From Nitrospinota bacterium (lineage in GTDB: Bacteria; UBA8248): a stretch of 22,400 nucleotides of DNA. Shown piece by piece: positions 1-9,005 of this stretch (position 1 is the stretch's first letter; the number at the start of each line of letters is the position of its first letter). A model generated the notes under the pieces. The model was not told where the DNA came from, did not search any database, and saw only the letters and a list, made by a program, of their open reading frames with translations. The position numbers and the translations under genes are program-made. Where the stretch lies: the NCBI GenBank assembly GCA_030754595.1, contig JASLZZ010000047.1:1-22400 (forward strand), in the 5' to 3' direction.

Positions 1-138
1 CGCCACCTCCTCGGCGCCGCCCGACTCGGCAAGACGCTTCGTGATCGCCGCCGTCAGCGTTGTCTTACCATGGTCAACGTGTCCGATCGTCCCTACGTTC
101 ACGTGCGGCTTTGTCCGCTCAAACTTCGCCTTCGCCAT
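1..138 (-). CDS. tuf: Elongation factor Tu, N-terminus (runs off window)
   Basis: Manual translation from ATG at 138: [34 protein letters not shown], with the G1 motif GHVDHGKT. Lies downstream of the tRNA cluster. Confidence 0.98.
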   Translation of the reverse strand, partial: MAKAKFERTKPHVNVGTIGHVDHGKTTLTAAITKRLAESGGAEEVA

Positions 139-198
139 GGCTTCTCTAACTCCAATTCAAGGAAGTGAATAATTTCAAGCTTGTCCGCGCCGCGGTGG

Positions 199-274
<76 letters not shown>

Positions 275-439
275 ATGCCCCTCAAACCCGGATCAAAACC
301 TGCTGAATGAAACTCCCGATAATTGGACAACGCGGCTGGCTGGGCCGGCCCCGCCGTCAAAACCCATTCTCCTAAGATAAAGCCGAACCTCAGAATAAGC
401 CGAACCGCCCGGTTTCGAAAAGTACCGCCCCGTATAATC

Positions 440-515
440 TGGAGCGGGAAACGGGACTCGAACCCGCGACCCTCAGCTTGGAAGGCTGATGCTCTACCAA
501 CTGAGCTATTCCCGC
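440..515 (-). tRNA. tRNA-Gly(TCC)
   Basis: Begins GCGGGAATAGCTCAGTTGGTAGAGC, anticodon TCC, GTTCGAG T-loop, encoded CCA. Confidence 0.96.
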
Positions 516-557
516 CCAAGCCATCATGCCGAAATCCACAACCGCCAATAAAAAATA

Positions 558-642
558 TGGTGGGGAGGGGAGGATTCGAACCTCCGAAGGCTGAGCCATC
601 AGATTTACAGTCTGGTCCCTTTGACCACTCGGGAACCTCCCC
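558..642 (-). tRNA. tRNA-Tyr(GTA)
   Basis: 85 nt with long variable arm, anticodon loop CTGTAAA, GTTCGAAT T-loop, encoded CCA. Confidence 0.96.
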
Positions 643-692
643 AGACCTATATCTTCATACATCCGCGAAGGCCCCTTCGCGCTCCATAATAA

Positions 693-767
693 TGGAGCTG
701 GCGAGAGGAATCGAACCTCCGACCCGCTGATTACAAATCAGCCGCTCTACCGCTGAGCTACGCCAGC
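693..767 (-). tRNA. tRNA-Thr(TGT)
   Basis: Begins GCTGGCGTAGCTCAGCGGTAGAGC, anticodon loop TTTGTAA, encoded CCA. The Thr-Tyr-Gly-Thr-tuf order matches the tufB-type operon. Confidence 0.96.
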
Positions 768-782
768 CAGCAAAGGCGCGTT

Positions 783-811
783 AAAATAGGGCTAACTTCC
801 CTGCATGTCAA
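783..811 (-). promoter_or_regulatory. Sigma70 promoter of the tRNA-tuf operon
   Basis: TTGACA (811-806), 17 bp spacer, TATTTT (788-783), then a GC-rich discriminator (AACGCGCC) just upstream of tRNA-Thr. Confidence 0.8.
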
Positions 812-830
812 GCCTTTGCGCAATCGGATT

Positions 831-1613
831 TCACGTTTTCCGGGCGCCACGGTCCGGGTTAGCCGCCCCGGGCCGGGAAATGACCTCAAAGAGCAGAATC
901 CCAGCGGCTATCGATACATTCAAGGATGATACTATACCCCCCGAAAGAGGGATTCGCACCCCGATATCGCAATTTTTTCGCACCAGCCGCCGGACGCCCT
1001 TTCCCTCCCCGCCCAGGACCAGCGCTGCGGGCCGGGGCAGTCCGGTCCCCCCGCCGAGGGCGGTATCACCCTCCGGGTCGGCCGCAACGGCCCAGTATCC
1101 GGCCTCCTTTACCGCCGAAACGGCCCGGGCCATGTTCGTCACCCGGGCCAGGGGGAGGGTCTCGATGGCCCCGGCGGCGGCCTTTGCCACCGTGGGGCTC
1201 AAATTCGCGGCCGAGTCCTTGGGCCAAACCGCCCCGCCCGCCCCGAGCGCCGCCGCCGTCCTGAGAATCGCCCCCAGGTTGCGGGGGTCCTGAATACCGT
1301 CCAGGAGCAGGATCGGCGGCTTTTCGGGGGGCAAACCCTCCAAAAAGGCCTCGAGCCCGAATATCGGAGTGGGGTGAACCTCGGCGACCAGCCCCTGGTG
1401 CTGACGGCTTCCGGCCAACTCATCGAGACCGCCGGAGGGACATTCCTCAACGAGAATCCGCTCCCGCTCGGCCAACTGGCGCGCCTGGACCCCGGGCTGT
1501 CCCTTTCGGCCCGGCGCGATAAAAAGGCGCTTGACCCGTCCGGGCCCGCGTTCCAAAGCCGCCTGGACGGCGTGAACGCCGCAGATGAACTCACGACCTT
1601 TTTTTTTGGCCAC
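831..1613 (-). CDS. rlmB: 23S rRNA Gm2251 2'-O-methyltransferase (SPOUT, TrmH family)
   Basis: Motifs LLDGIQDPRNLGAILRTA, LVLGGEGKG and SLNVSIAAG; directly downstream of cysS. Confidence 0.92.
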   Translation of the reverse strand: MAKKKGREFICGVHAVQAALERGPGRVKRLFIAPGRKGQPGVQARQLAERERILVEECPSGGLDELAGSRQHQGLVAEVHPTPIFGLEAFLEGLPPEKPPILLLDGIQDPRNLGAILRTAAALGAGGAVWPKDSAANLSPTVAKAAAGAIETLPLARVTNMARAVSAVKEAGYWAVAADPEGDTALGGGTGLPRPAALVLGGEGKGVRRLVRKNCDIGVRIPLSGGIVSSLNVSIAAGILLFEVISRPGAANPDRGARKT

Positions 1614-1616
1614 GCG

Positions 1617-3095
1617 TCAGGGCCTTCGTTTCCAAATCGTGCCCGATGGGCCGTCCTCAAGGAGAATTCCCGCCGAGGCGAGTTCGTCCCGTATGCGGTC
1701 GGCCTCCGAGAAATCCTTCGCTCCCCTGGCCTCGTTCCTTTTCTTAATGAGGCCGTCGATATCCCGGTCGGAAAGATCCCCGTTTCCATCCTCGGCGGCA
1801 TCCTCGGCGGCGCCTTCGCCCCCTCCCCGCCAGCCCTGGCGGAACCACTCGTCCGGGTCCATCCGGAAGAGACCCAACACCTCCCCCGCCTGCGCATACG
1901 CATCGAGCGCGGGCCGGGCCGCCTCCTCGGGAATGTGCCACCCCCCCTCCTGGAGGACCACGTTGGACTCCCGCATGAAGTCGAACAGGTGGCCCATCGC
2001 TCGGGCGGTGTTGAAGTCATCGTCCATCGCCTCGGTGAAGCTCTCGCGAAACTTTCCGGAAGCGGCTTCCATTTTCTCTCTGAGCCCCCCGCCATCGCCG
2101 GAGGAGAACTGCCGGAGGCGGAGGATCGAGTTGTAGAGGCGGTCGAGGCCCTTTCGGGCTTCTTGCATCACCTGATCGGAGTAGTCCACCGGATGCCGGT
2201 AGTGGGTCCCCAGCAGGAAGAATCGAACCACCTCCGCCGGATGCTCGGCGAGAATCGCCTTGATGGTGAAAAAGTTTCCTTTCGACTTACTCATTTTCTC
2301 GTGATTGATGTGGACCATTCCGTTGTGCATCCAGTAGCGGACCCAGTCGTGGCCGATACACCCCTCGCTCTGGGCAATCTCGTTCTCGTGGTGCGGAAAC
2401 AAAAGATCGTTTCCGCCCCCGTGGATATCGAAGCTCTCGCCCAGATAGCGGCTGGACATGACCGAGCATTCGAGGTGCCACCCAGGCCGGCCCCTCCCCC
2501 AGGGACTTTCCCAGAAGGGCTCTTCCGGCTTGGCCGCCTTCCAGAGGGTGAAATCCAGGGGGTTGTTCTTCCCCTCTCCGGGCTCGATGCGGTAGCCCGA
2601 CTCGAGATCCTCGGTGGAGCGGTTGGAGAGCTTTCCGTAGCCCTCGAATTTCGAAATGTCATAGTAAACGTCTCCGGCACCGGCCCGGTAGGCGATGCCC
2701 TTTTCCTCGAGGCGGCCAATCATTTCAATCATTTCAGGGATGTGCTCGGTCGCCCTTGGGGCCACGTCCGCGCGCCGGACGCCGAGAGCGTCCATGTCGT
2801 TGTAGTACTCCTGGATAAATTCCTCGGTCAGCTCGCCCGTCGGGATTTTCCGCCGATTGGCGCGGACGATGATCTTGTCGTCAATGTCGGTGAAATTGCA
2901 GACGAACGTGACCTTCTTGCCCCTGAACTCGAGGTGGCGGCGAATCACGTCGAAGACGATGGCCGCGCGGGCATGGCCCAGATGGCAGTCGTCGTACACC
3001 GTCACCCCGCACACATACATCTTCACGTGATCGGGCTCGATCGTCTCGAGGACTTCCTTGCGGTGGGTAAGCGTGTTGTAGAGCTGGATGGCCAA
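1617..3095 (-). CDS. cysS: Cysteine--tRNA ligase
   Basis: [14 protein letters not shown] (HIGH motif), [27 protein letters not shown] and KMSKS; TTG start. Confidence 0.98.
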   Translation of the reverse strand: MAIQLYNTLTHRKEVLETIEPDHVKMYVCGVTVYDDCHLGHARAAIVFDVIRRHLEFRGKKVTFVCNFTDIDDKIIVRANRRKIPTGELTEEFIQEYYNDMDALGVRRADVAPRATEHIPEMIEMIGRLEEKGIAYRAGAGDVYYDISKFEGYGKLSNRSTEDLESGYRIEPGEGKNNPLDFTLWKAAKPEEPFWESPWGRGRPGWHLECSVMSSRYLGESFDIHGGGNDLLFPHHENEIAQSEGCIGHDWVRYWMHNGMVHINHEKMSKSKGNFFTIKAILAEHPAEVVRFFLLGTHYRHPVDYSDQVMQEARKGLDRLYNSILRLRQFSSGDGGGLREKMEAASGKFRESFTEAMDDDFNTARAMGHLFDFMRESNVVLQEGGWHIPEEAARPALDAYAQAGEVLGLFRMDPDEWFRQGWRGGGEGAAEDAAEDGNGDLSDRDIDGLIKKRNEARGAKDFSEADRIRDELASAGILLEDGPSGTIWKRRP

Positions 3096-3194
3096 CGGAA
3101 CGGCTCCGAAATCGAGGGAAAACGGCCCAAATCATCAACCGGCCAAATATCTCAAGGGCGGGAATTTGTCATGCGGAATGGAGCCGCGTCAAGG

Positions 3195-3671
3195 CTACTC
3201 CGGGCCGAGGGTGCAAACCGCGTGGGCGGCCATCCCCTCGCCCCGGCCGGTGAAGCCCAATCCCTCGCTTGTAGTGGCCTTGACGTTCACAAACTCCTCT
3301 TCAAGCCCGAGGGCGCCGGCCAGGCGCTTCCGGATTTCGTCTGTGTAGGGGGCGAGTTTGGGACGCTCGGCGATGATGATGGTATCCACGTTTTTGGGGG
3401 TGAGACCGCGCTCAGCCGCCATCGCCACCACCTGCCGCAGGAGTTCGATGCTGTCGGCGCCGACATAACGCTCGTCGGTATCCGGAAATTGGGTGCCGAT
3501 ATCGCCCAGCCCTGCGGCGCCCAGAACCGCGTCGCAGACCGCGTGGGCCAGGACATCAGCGTCGGAGTGGCCGGTTAGCTCTTTTTCAAAGGGAATCTCC
3601 ACCCCCCCGAGGATAAGCCGCCTCCCCGTCTTGAAGCGGTGAACGTCGAAGCCCACCCCGATCCGGTTCAC
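3195..3671 (-). CDS. ispF: 2-C-methyl-D-erythritol 2,4-cyclodiphosphate synthase
   Basis: RIGVGFDVH, GHSDADV, GDIG and KATTSEGLGF motifs; GTGA overlap with ispD. Confidence 0.97.
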   Translation of the reverse strand: MNRIGVGFDVHRFKTGRRLILGGVEIPFEKELTGHSDADVLAHAVCDAVLGAAGLGDIGTQFPDTDERYVGADSIELLRQVVAMAAERGLTPKNVDTIIIAERPKLAPYTDEIRKRLAGALGLEEEFVNVKATTSEGLGFTGRGEGMAAHAVCTLGPE

Positions 3672-4408
3672 AGGACGCCTCCCACCGGCGGCGGCGCAGC
3701 TGTGCCGCCGCCTTGGGCCCGGGCCAGGTAGGCTTCGGCCATGGCCAGATCCTCGGGCGTTGTGATCTTAAAATTGAATTTGGAACCCGGAACCAGCTTC
3801 ACGCGGATACCCGCAGCCTCGAGAAGTACGGCCTCGTCCGTTCCCTCAAACCCCTCGGCGGCGGCCAGGGCGAGCGCGCGCTCGAGCAACTCCCGGCGAG
3901 CGACCTGGGGGGTTTGTGCCAGCCAGAGATCGCCCCGAGGCACGGTGGCCTCGGCGAACTCCCCCTCGTTCGCCCGCTTGACTGTATCCGACACGGGCAG
4001 AGCGGCGATGGCGGCGCCGGTCTCCTGGGCGCCGGCGAGGCATGCTTCAACGAGACCAGGCGGCAGAAGGGGACGCGCACCATCGTGAACTATCACCCAC
4101 TCGACCTCGGGCGGAAGGGCGGAGAGCCCGTTCACGACCGAGTACTGGCGCTCGGTGCCGCCGGCCACCGGCCTAACCGGGACGGGCAACCCGGCGGGAG
4201 GCTCGAAGGACGCCACTTCCGCGGCCGGCAGCGCCAGGGCGATGAAGCCCACACGGCCTTCCTCGGCGAGGCACCAAAGTGTGCGGTGAAGGATCGGGGT
4301 CCCGCCGAGCTCCCGGAATTGTTTGGCCACCGGGCCGGGCAGGCGCTCGCCTCCCCCGGCCGCCGGTACGACGGCCCCCACTTTTTCGGCCGGAGGAATC
4401 GATGTCAT
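3668..4408 (-). CDS. ispD: 2-C-methyl-D-erythritol 4-phosphate cytidylyltransferase
   Basis: PAAGGGER...KQF, VHDGARP, AQTPQ and NFKITTPEDL motifs. Confidence 0.96.
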   Translation of the reverse strand: MTSIPPAEKVGAVVPAAGGGERLPGPVAKQFRELGGTPILHRTLWCLAEEGRVGFIALALPAAEVASFEPPAGLPVPVRPVAGGTERQYSVVNGLSALPPEVEWVIVHDGARPLLPPGLVEACLAGAQETGAAIAALPVSDTVKRANEGEFAEATVPRGDLWLAQTPQVARRELLERALALAAAEGFEGTDEAVLLEAAGIRVKLVPGSKFNFKITTPEDLAMAEAYLARAQGGGTAAPPPVGGVL

Positions 4409-4451
4409 TTCGAAAATTTTCCGCCGCGCGGGGTCGCCCGAGGCGCGCGCC

Positions 4452-5540
4452 TCAGGCGCCGTTCCTGTTCGAGTCGGAACCGTCCTTGATCTTGGAAAAG
4501 ATCATTCGCCCCGCTGTCGTCTGAAGCACGCTGGTCACCGAGACGGAGACTTTGTCCCCGATGTGCTCTCGGGCTTGATCGACGACCACCATCGTCCCGT
4601 CGTCAAGATACCCGACACCCTGGCCGAGCTCCTTGCCCTCTTTCAAAACGAGAACGTTCATCACCTCGCCCGGGAGGACAACGGGCTTCACCGCGTTCGC
4701 GAGTTCGTTGATGTTCAGAACCGAAACCCCCTGAAGCTCGGCCACCTTGTTCAGGTTAAAATCGTTGGTCATGACCTTGCTGCCGGTTTCCTTGGCGAGA
4801 AGCACGAGTTTCGAGTCCACCTCGCGCACCTTGGGGAAGTCGGTCTCCACGATCCGGATGTCGAGCCCCGGGTTTTGCTGGATTTTCTTGAGGATGTCCA
4901 AGCCGCGCCGGCCCCGGTTCCGCTTGAGCGAATCCGAGGAGTCGGCAATCATCTGGAGCTCGTGAAGGACGAACTGGGGCAGGATCAGCGGCCCGTCCAA
5001 GAAACCGGCCTCGCAGATATCCGCGATCCGCCCGTCGATGATGACGCTTGTATCGAGAATTTTTTCGATCGGCTTATCGGAGCCCTGAACCAAGGAGCCC
5101 GTTTCCTGGCGAAGGTGGAACTGCTTTCCGTGCGCGGCTCCGATGGCGTTGGCCACGTAGGCGCAAATCAGGCCGATGAGAAGGCCGGCGAGGGACCGAG
5201 AGGCCGGCGGCACGCTATCCCCGATCATCGCCATGACGGTGAAGGCGGCGGCAATCCCCAGTATCAGGCCGGCGAGACCGCCGATGATGGCGCCCAGACC
5301 CATACGAACAAGCCTGGTGACGAATGCGAACGCCCACAGGGCGGCCAACGTGCCGACCAACGCTCCGCCCAGCAGGCCATTCATCGTTGAATAAAGAGAT
5401 AGTCCCAAAAAAGCGCCGAGCATGGCGGCGACAGCCACTACCATTATCCGGCCGCCGAGATGATAGTTTTTCGGTTGGCTCCCTTTCATTCCCCTAAATT
5501 CCAGAGGCCCCGCTCTCGAGCTTTGCTCCGTTTTGTCCAT
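4452..5540 (-). CDS. PIN/TRAM-domain membrane protein (YacL-like)
   Basis: N-terminal TM helices, [14 protein letters not shown] motif, RGRRGLDIL and a C-terminal TRAM domain ([13 protein letters not shown]); typical position upstream of ispD. Start codon uncertain. Confidence 0.92.
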   Translation of the reverse strand: MDKTEQSSRAGPLEFRGMKGSQPKNYHLGGRIMVVAVAAMLGAFLGLSLYSTMNGLLGGALVGTLAALWAFAFVTRLVRMGLGAIIGGLAGLILGIAAAFTVMAMIGDSVPPASRSLAGLLIGLICAYVANAIGAAHGKQFHLRQETGSLVQGSDKPIEKILDTSVIIDGRIADICEAGFLDGPLILPQFVLHELQMIADSSDSLKRNRGRRGLDILKKIQQNPGLDIRIVETDFPKVREVDSKLVLLAKETGSKVMTNDFNLNKVAELQGVSVLNINELANAVKPVVLPGEVMNVLVLKEGKELGQGVGYLDDGTMVVVDQAREHIGDKVSVSVTSVLQTTAGRMIFSKIKDGSDSNRNGA

Positions 5541-5587
5541 GTTCCCACCTCCTGGCGGAAGGGGCAGTATTTAAGACGGAAATATGA

Positions 5588-6073
5588 TTACTCCCCTGCC
5601 CTTATGAAAGTCCCGCTTTTGCCGCCCGTCTTTCTTACGAGACGGACGGCGGAAATAGTCATTTCCTTGTCCACCGCTTTACACATGTCGTAGACCGTCA
5701 GGGCCGCTACGCTGACGGCCGCCAAGGCCTCCATCTCCACGCCGGTGCGGTCCCGCGCCCTGACGACGGCCTCCACCTCGAGAGACCCTTTCTCCTCGGC
5801 GGGCTCAAAGTTCACCTCGACGCTGGTCAGCCTCAGGGGGTGACACATCGGAATCAGACCGGAGCAACCCTTCGCCGCCATGACGCCGGCAATCCGCGCC
5901 GTTCCGAGGACATCGCCCTTCGGAAGGCCGCCCTCAAGAATCAGCCGAAGCGTACCGGGTTCCATCTCGACGCGCCCCCGGGCGATTGCCTCGCGGGCGG
6001 TTTCGGGCTTCTCGCCGACCTCGACCATCCGCGCTCGGCCCTTATCGTCGAGATGGGTCAATTCCTGTGCCAT
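5588..6073 (-). CDS. moaC: Cyclic pyranopterin monophosphate synthase
   Basis: LTHLD..G.ARMV, LIPMCHP, TGVEMEAL, YDMCKAVD and KTGGKSG motifs; SD GGAGG. Confidence 0.97.
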   Translation of the reverse strand: MAQELTHLDDKGRARMVEVGEKPETAREAIARGRVEMEPGTLRLILEGGLPKGDVLGTARIAGVMAAKGCSGLIPMCHPLRLTSVEVNFEPAEEKGSLEVEAVVRARDRTGVEMEALAAVSVAALTVYDMCKAVDKEMTISAVRLVRKTGGKSGTFIRAGE

Positions 6074-6138
6074 GCGTCCTCCAAATTAAGGCAATTCAAT
6101 CTCTTATTCGGCCCCCGCTCAAAAACTGGGCTCAGGGC

Positions 6139-6167
6139 ATTATACATCCCTCCGATCATAAACGGAA
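6139..6167 (-). promoter_or_regulatory. Candidate sigma70 promoter for moaC and downstream genes
   Basis: Perfect TATAAT (6144-6139) with a weak -35 (TTCCGT) 17 bp upstream. Confidence 0.45.
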
Positions 6168-6327
6168 AGAAATCGATCCCATGAAAACAGGGGGGGCAGG
6201 GGGGGAATTCATGTAATCGATTTGAAATGTACGAGTTACACAGACTCAAGTTGCGGCGGGAAAGTTCGGAGGGAGGCCGGTGCCATCTGCCCCCCCCCCC
6301 CGCGCCGGGGGAGGCGGGGAGGTATCT

Positions 6328-6882
6328 CTAGAGCTTGGGCAGGGTGAGTCCCTGCTGGCTCTGGTATTTCCCCTTTTTGTCGGCATAGGAGGTTTCGCAA
6401 ACCTCGTCGCTCTCGAAGAAGAGCACCTGTGCGATTCCCTCGTTCGCATAGATTTTCGCCGGAAGGGGGGTGGTGTTGGAAATTTCCATCGTGACGAAAC
6501 CCTCCCACTCGGGCTCGAAAGGGGTGACGTTCACAATGATTCCGCACCGCGCATAGGTGCTCTTGCCCACGCAAACCGTCAGGACAGTTCGCGGAATACG
6601 AAAGTATTCGACCGTGCGCGCGAGGGCGAAGGAATTCGGCGGAATGATGCAGGTATCGGACTTAATCGAAACAAAAGATTTTTCATCGAAATTCTTGGGA
6701 TCGATGATGGTGGAGTTGACATTCGTGAAAATCTTGAATTCATCGGCGATTCTAATGTCATAGCCATACGAAGACACGCCGTAGGAAATTTTTCCGTTAC
6801 GCACCTGATTCGCCTCGAAGGGCTCAATCATATTTTTTTCGCGAGCCATCTGGATAATCCACCGGTCGGACTTGATGCTCAT
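6328..6882 (-). CDS. dcd: dCTP deaminase
   Basis: [38 protein letters not shown] and YADKKGKYQ motifs. True start is ATG 6882 with SD AGGAGG; the ORF track over-extends to 7035. Confidence 0.96.
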   Translation of the reverse strand: MSIKSDRWIIQMAREKNMIEPFEANQVRNGKISYGVSSYGYDIRIADEFKIFTNVNSTIIDPKNFDEKSFVSIKSDTCIIPPNSFALARTVEYFRIPRTVLTVCVGKSTYARCGIIVNVTPFEPEWEGFVTMEISNTTPLPAKIYANEGIAQVLFFESDEVCETSYADKKGKYQSQQGLTLPKL

Positions 6883-7094
6883 CGCGCCTCCTGAATCCGA
6901 AAAACCTTGTGTCGAAGTTGGTTTCTTTGGGAAGTATCCTGGACAAATCGGGCTGGACAAAAAGGGAAGGTAAAAAAGCCTCTGAAGGAGGGAGGAGACT
7001 ACGCCCCCCCCTGCCCCCAGAGCACGCGCCCCCACCCGCCCGATAGCGGAGGCGTGTGATGCGTTGATTCAAATAATCTATGCGGAGATTAAAT

Positions 7095-7150
7095 CACAAC
7101 ATCTTGTGGGTGGTCAACGAAAATCAGGGAACAAACCACAAGTTGTTGTG
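7095..7150. promoter_or_regulatory. Pair of NrdR-box-like palindromes
   Basis: CACAACATCTTGTG (7095-7108) and CACAAGTTGTTGTG (7137-7150), 42 bp apart, resembling the NrdR consensus acaCwAtATaTwGtg. Confidence 0.7.
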
Positions 7151-7201
7151 GATAAGGGGTGGAAAGCCCAGCGGAAACCCCGGCGGAAAACCTGTGGAAA
7201 A
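7147..7201 (-). promoter_or_regulatory. DnaA-box array
   Basis: Perfect TTATCCACA (7155-7147), one-mismatch TTTTCCACA (7201-7193) and three degenerate co-oriented boxes between them at 11-12 bp spacing. Confidence 0.6.
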
Positions 7202-7252
7202 GATGTAAAATCAGCTCCAGCCCCGGCCAATCCTCCGGGCTCCCGCCGCCGT

Positions 7253-7298
7253 TTTCGAGCGCCTACGGCCGCCACTTTCGAGCGCCTGCGGCCGCCAC
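7253..7298. repeat. 23-bp tandem duplication
   Basis: TTTCGAGCGCCTACGGCCGCCAC followed by TTTCGAGCGCCTGCGGCCGCCAC (one mismatch). Confidence 0.85.
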
Positions 7299-7373
7299 TT
7301 TTTAAGGAGGGATGTCAGGTTTGATTCGTCGGCCGGAAATTCCGGCGGCGGTATCTCACTTGATTCACTCGGA

Positions 7374-8291
7374 TCATTTGATGCGTTCGGGATAGATTAC
7401 CGTTTTACTCTCGCGCCGGAGTTTATCGAGAAGCGCATTGAAAGCCCTATCCTGGCGCCTTTTGGAAATGATGTTTCGCACCTCGTCCCTGACCTCTTCG
7501 AAGGAGAAATCGGCGCGCTCCCTTCTCTCGGATACGCGAACGATCTGCCAGCCCGCCGGCGTCTCGATCGGCTCGCTCTCCTTTCCGATCGGAAGAGAAA
7601 AAATCGCCTTCTCGAGATTGATATCGACCTCCCCCCGCCGGACCACTCCGAGCTTGCCGCCACGCCGGGCGGAGGACTCGAAAATCGAGCGCTTTCTCGC
7701 GACTTCCTCGAAGGAGGCCGCCCCGCGCAATTCATCAAGAGCCTCGCGCGCTTCCTTCTCGCTCCCCAAGACGATAATGCTGATGCGGGCCGAGGCCTTT
7801 CGCCTGAATCTTTTCGGGTTATTCCGGTAATAGCGGCGCATCGCTTTCTCGCCAGGAGGCCCGCTCCAGTCCGGTAACCTGTCGACAAGCTCCTGGATCA
7901 GAATCTCCCTCCGGGCCAGGCGAAGGCGCGATTGAACCTTTTCGGACAGATCCAGTTTCCGGCGCAAAGCTTCTTGATAAATAAGCTCCGTCTGAACGAG
8001 GCGGTCGAGAAACTGCTTTCGCCTCTCCAGCGCAGTCACCCCCACCTCGACCGGCAACGCCCGGAGATGGTCGGCCACCATTTCGAGAGTGATCTCCCGG
8101 CCGTTCACCACGGCGATCACGGGGCTTGAGCCGCCGCCTGATTCTTGCGCTGGCTTCTTTGGGGTGATAGCAGCCCGCTTTGGTAGCCGCACCTCTCCCC
8201 TCTCCGCCGGCTTTCTTTCCGCGGAAAAGCCGTCGGCGGCGATAAAAAGGAGGAAAAAAATCGTCCCCCATAGGCGAATAATGTTTCTCAT
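7374..8291 (-). CDS. Exported PpiC/parvulin-domain foldase (PrsA/SurA-like)
   Basis: Signal peptide, VIAVVNGREIT, FEEVARKRS...GGKLG and SEPIETPAGW motifs. Confidence 0.85.
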   Translation of the reverse strand: MRNIIRLWGTIFFLLFIAADGFSAERKPAERGEVRLPKRAAITPKKPAQESGGGSSPVIAVVNGREITLEMVADHLRALPVEVGVTALERRKQFLDRLVQTELIYQEALRRKLDLSEKVQSRLRLARREILIQELVDRLPDWSGPPGEKAMRRYYRNNPKRFRRKASARISIIVLGSEKEAREALDELRGAASFEEVARKRSIFESSARRGGKLGVVRRGEVDINLEKAIFSLPIGKESEPIETPAGWQIVRVSERRERADFSFEEVRDEVRNIISKRRQDRAFNALLDKLRRESKTVIYPERIK

Positions 8292-8366
8292 CCGTGCATG
8301 GCTCCGAAGTGGGTTTCGAAGTGAGCTTCGAGGTGGACTCCGGCCGGAATCACCGAAGTCCCGGCA

Positions 8367-8897
8367 TCACCGAAGTCCAAACTGGCGGCCAATGTACTGG
8401 TAGACCGAGTCGTGCATGAACTCCCGCTCGAGGTGAAGGGCCATGACGCACTCTTCGAATTTATCCGTCAGCTTCCGGTAAAAGCTGGCCGAGGGCCGCA
8501 GGGCATCGATCTCGGCGACGTGATAATAAGCCGCTTTTCCCTGGGAGACATAAAAATCCGGATTCCTCTTTCTGTGTTCGAGGTTTTCAGGGTAAAGGCC
8601 CGCGAAGAACAGGCACACATCGCCCATATGCCTTTTCAGCTCACGCACGGAGGCGTTGTCCATCCCCTGGGCATCGGTGAGGAAATCCACGACATGCTCC
8701 AGATGCTCTCCCGACTTCCGGCTGCGCCGGAAGAGTTGATCGACGTGGACGAACCGCAACAGCATTTTCCAGACATACTCGATGACTTCCCGATCCCGGA
8801 AACCGACGGCGTTGAAGGCGGACTCCGTCGAGGAGCGCAGGAAGCGGCCCAGCGAATGCGTCTCGGAGATTTGACCGGATTTGCCGATATCAAACAT
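8367..8897 (-). CDS. Conserved hypothetical protein
   Basis: 176 aa ORF with an SD-like GGGAG. The motif HMGDVCLFFAGLYP...FYVSQGKAAY resembles an uncharacterised family I recall from other bacteria. Confidence 0.75.
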   Translation of the reverse strand: MFDIGKSGQISETHSLGRFLRSSTESAFNAVGFRDREVIEYVWKMLLRFVHVDQLFRRSRKSGEHLEHVVDFLTDAQGMDNASVRELKRHMGDVCLFFAGLYPENLEHRKRNPDFYVSQGKAAYYHVAEIDALRPSASFYRKLTDKFEECVMALHLEREFMHDSVYQYIGRQFGLR

Positions 8898-9005
8898 TCA
8901 TCGGACTCCCTTCAGGCGGGTGGTCCCGTAACCCCTCCATGATATGAAATGCCTTTTTCCGCCGTCAAATTCCAATTTTCAGCCGACAAACCGAAATAAG
9001 TTTGA

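Noticed and set aside
3096..3194. T-box leader for cysS
   Set aside because: The gap is only 99 bp and has no T-box consensus or terminator.
1374..3578. 734 aa plus-strand ORF, and similar long ORFs at 4323-5390, 14600-16012 and 19922-20908
   Set aside because: These are antisense shadows of well-supported genes, expected in GC-rich DNA, and show no recognisable motifs.
6074..6250. Moco riboswitch upstream of moaC
   Set aside because: No recognisable conserved Moco RNA motif, and the leader after the TATAAT is only about 60 nt.
6883..7035. N-terminal extensions given by the ORF track for dcd (also for the ACAD, VOC and lipoprotein ORFs)
   Set aside because: Family-typical N-termini, SD sequences or stop/start overlaps support the downstream starts.
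7253..7298. CRISPR array
   Set aside because: Only two abutting copies with no spacer, and no cas genes in the window.
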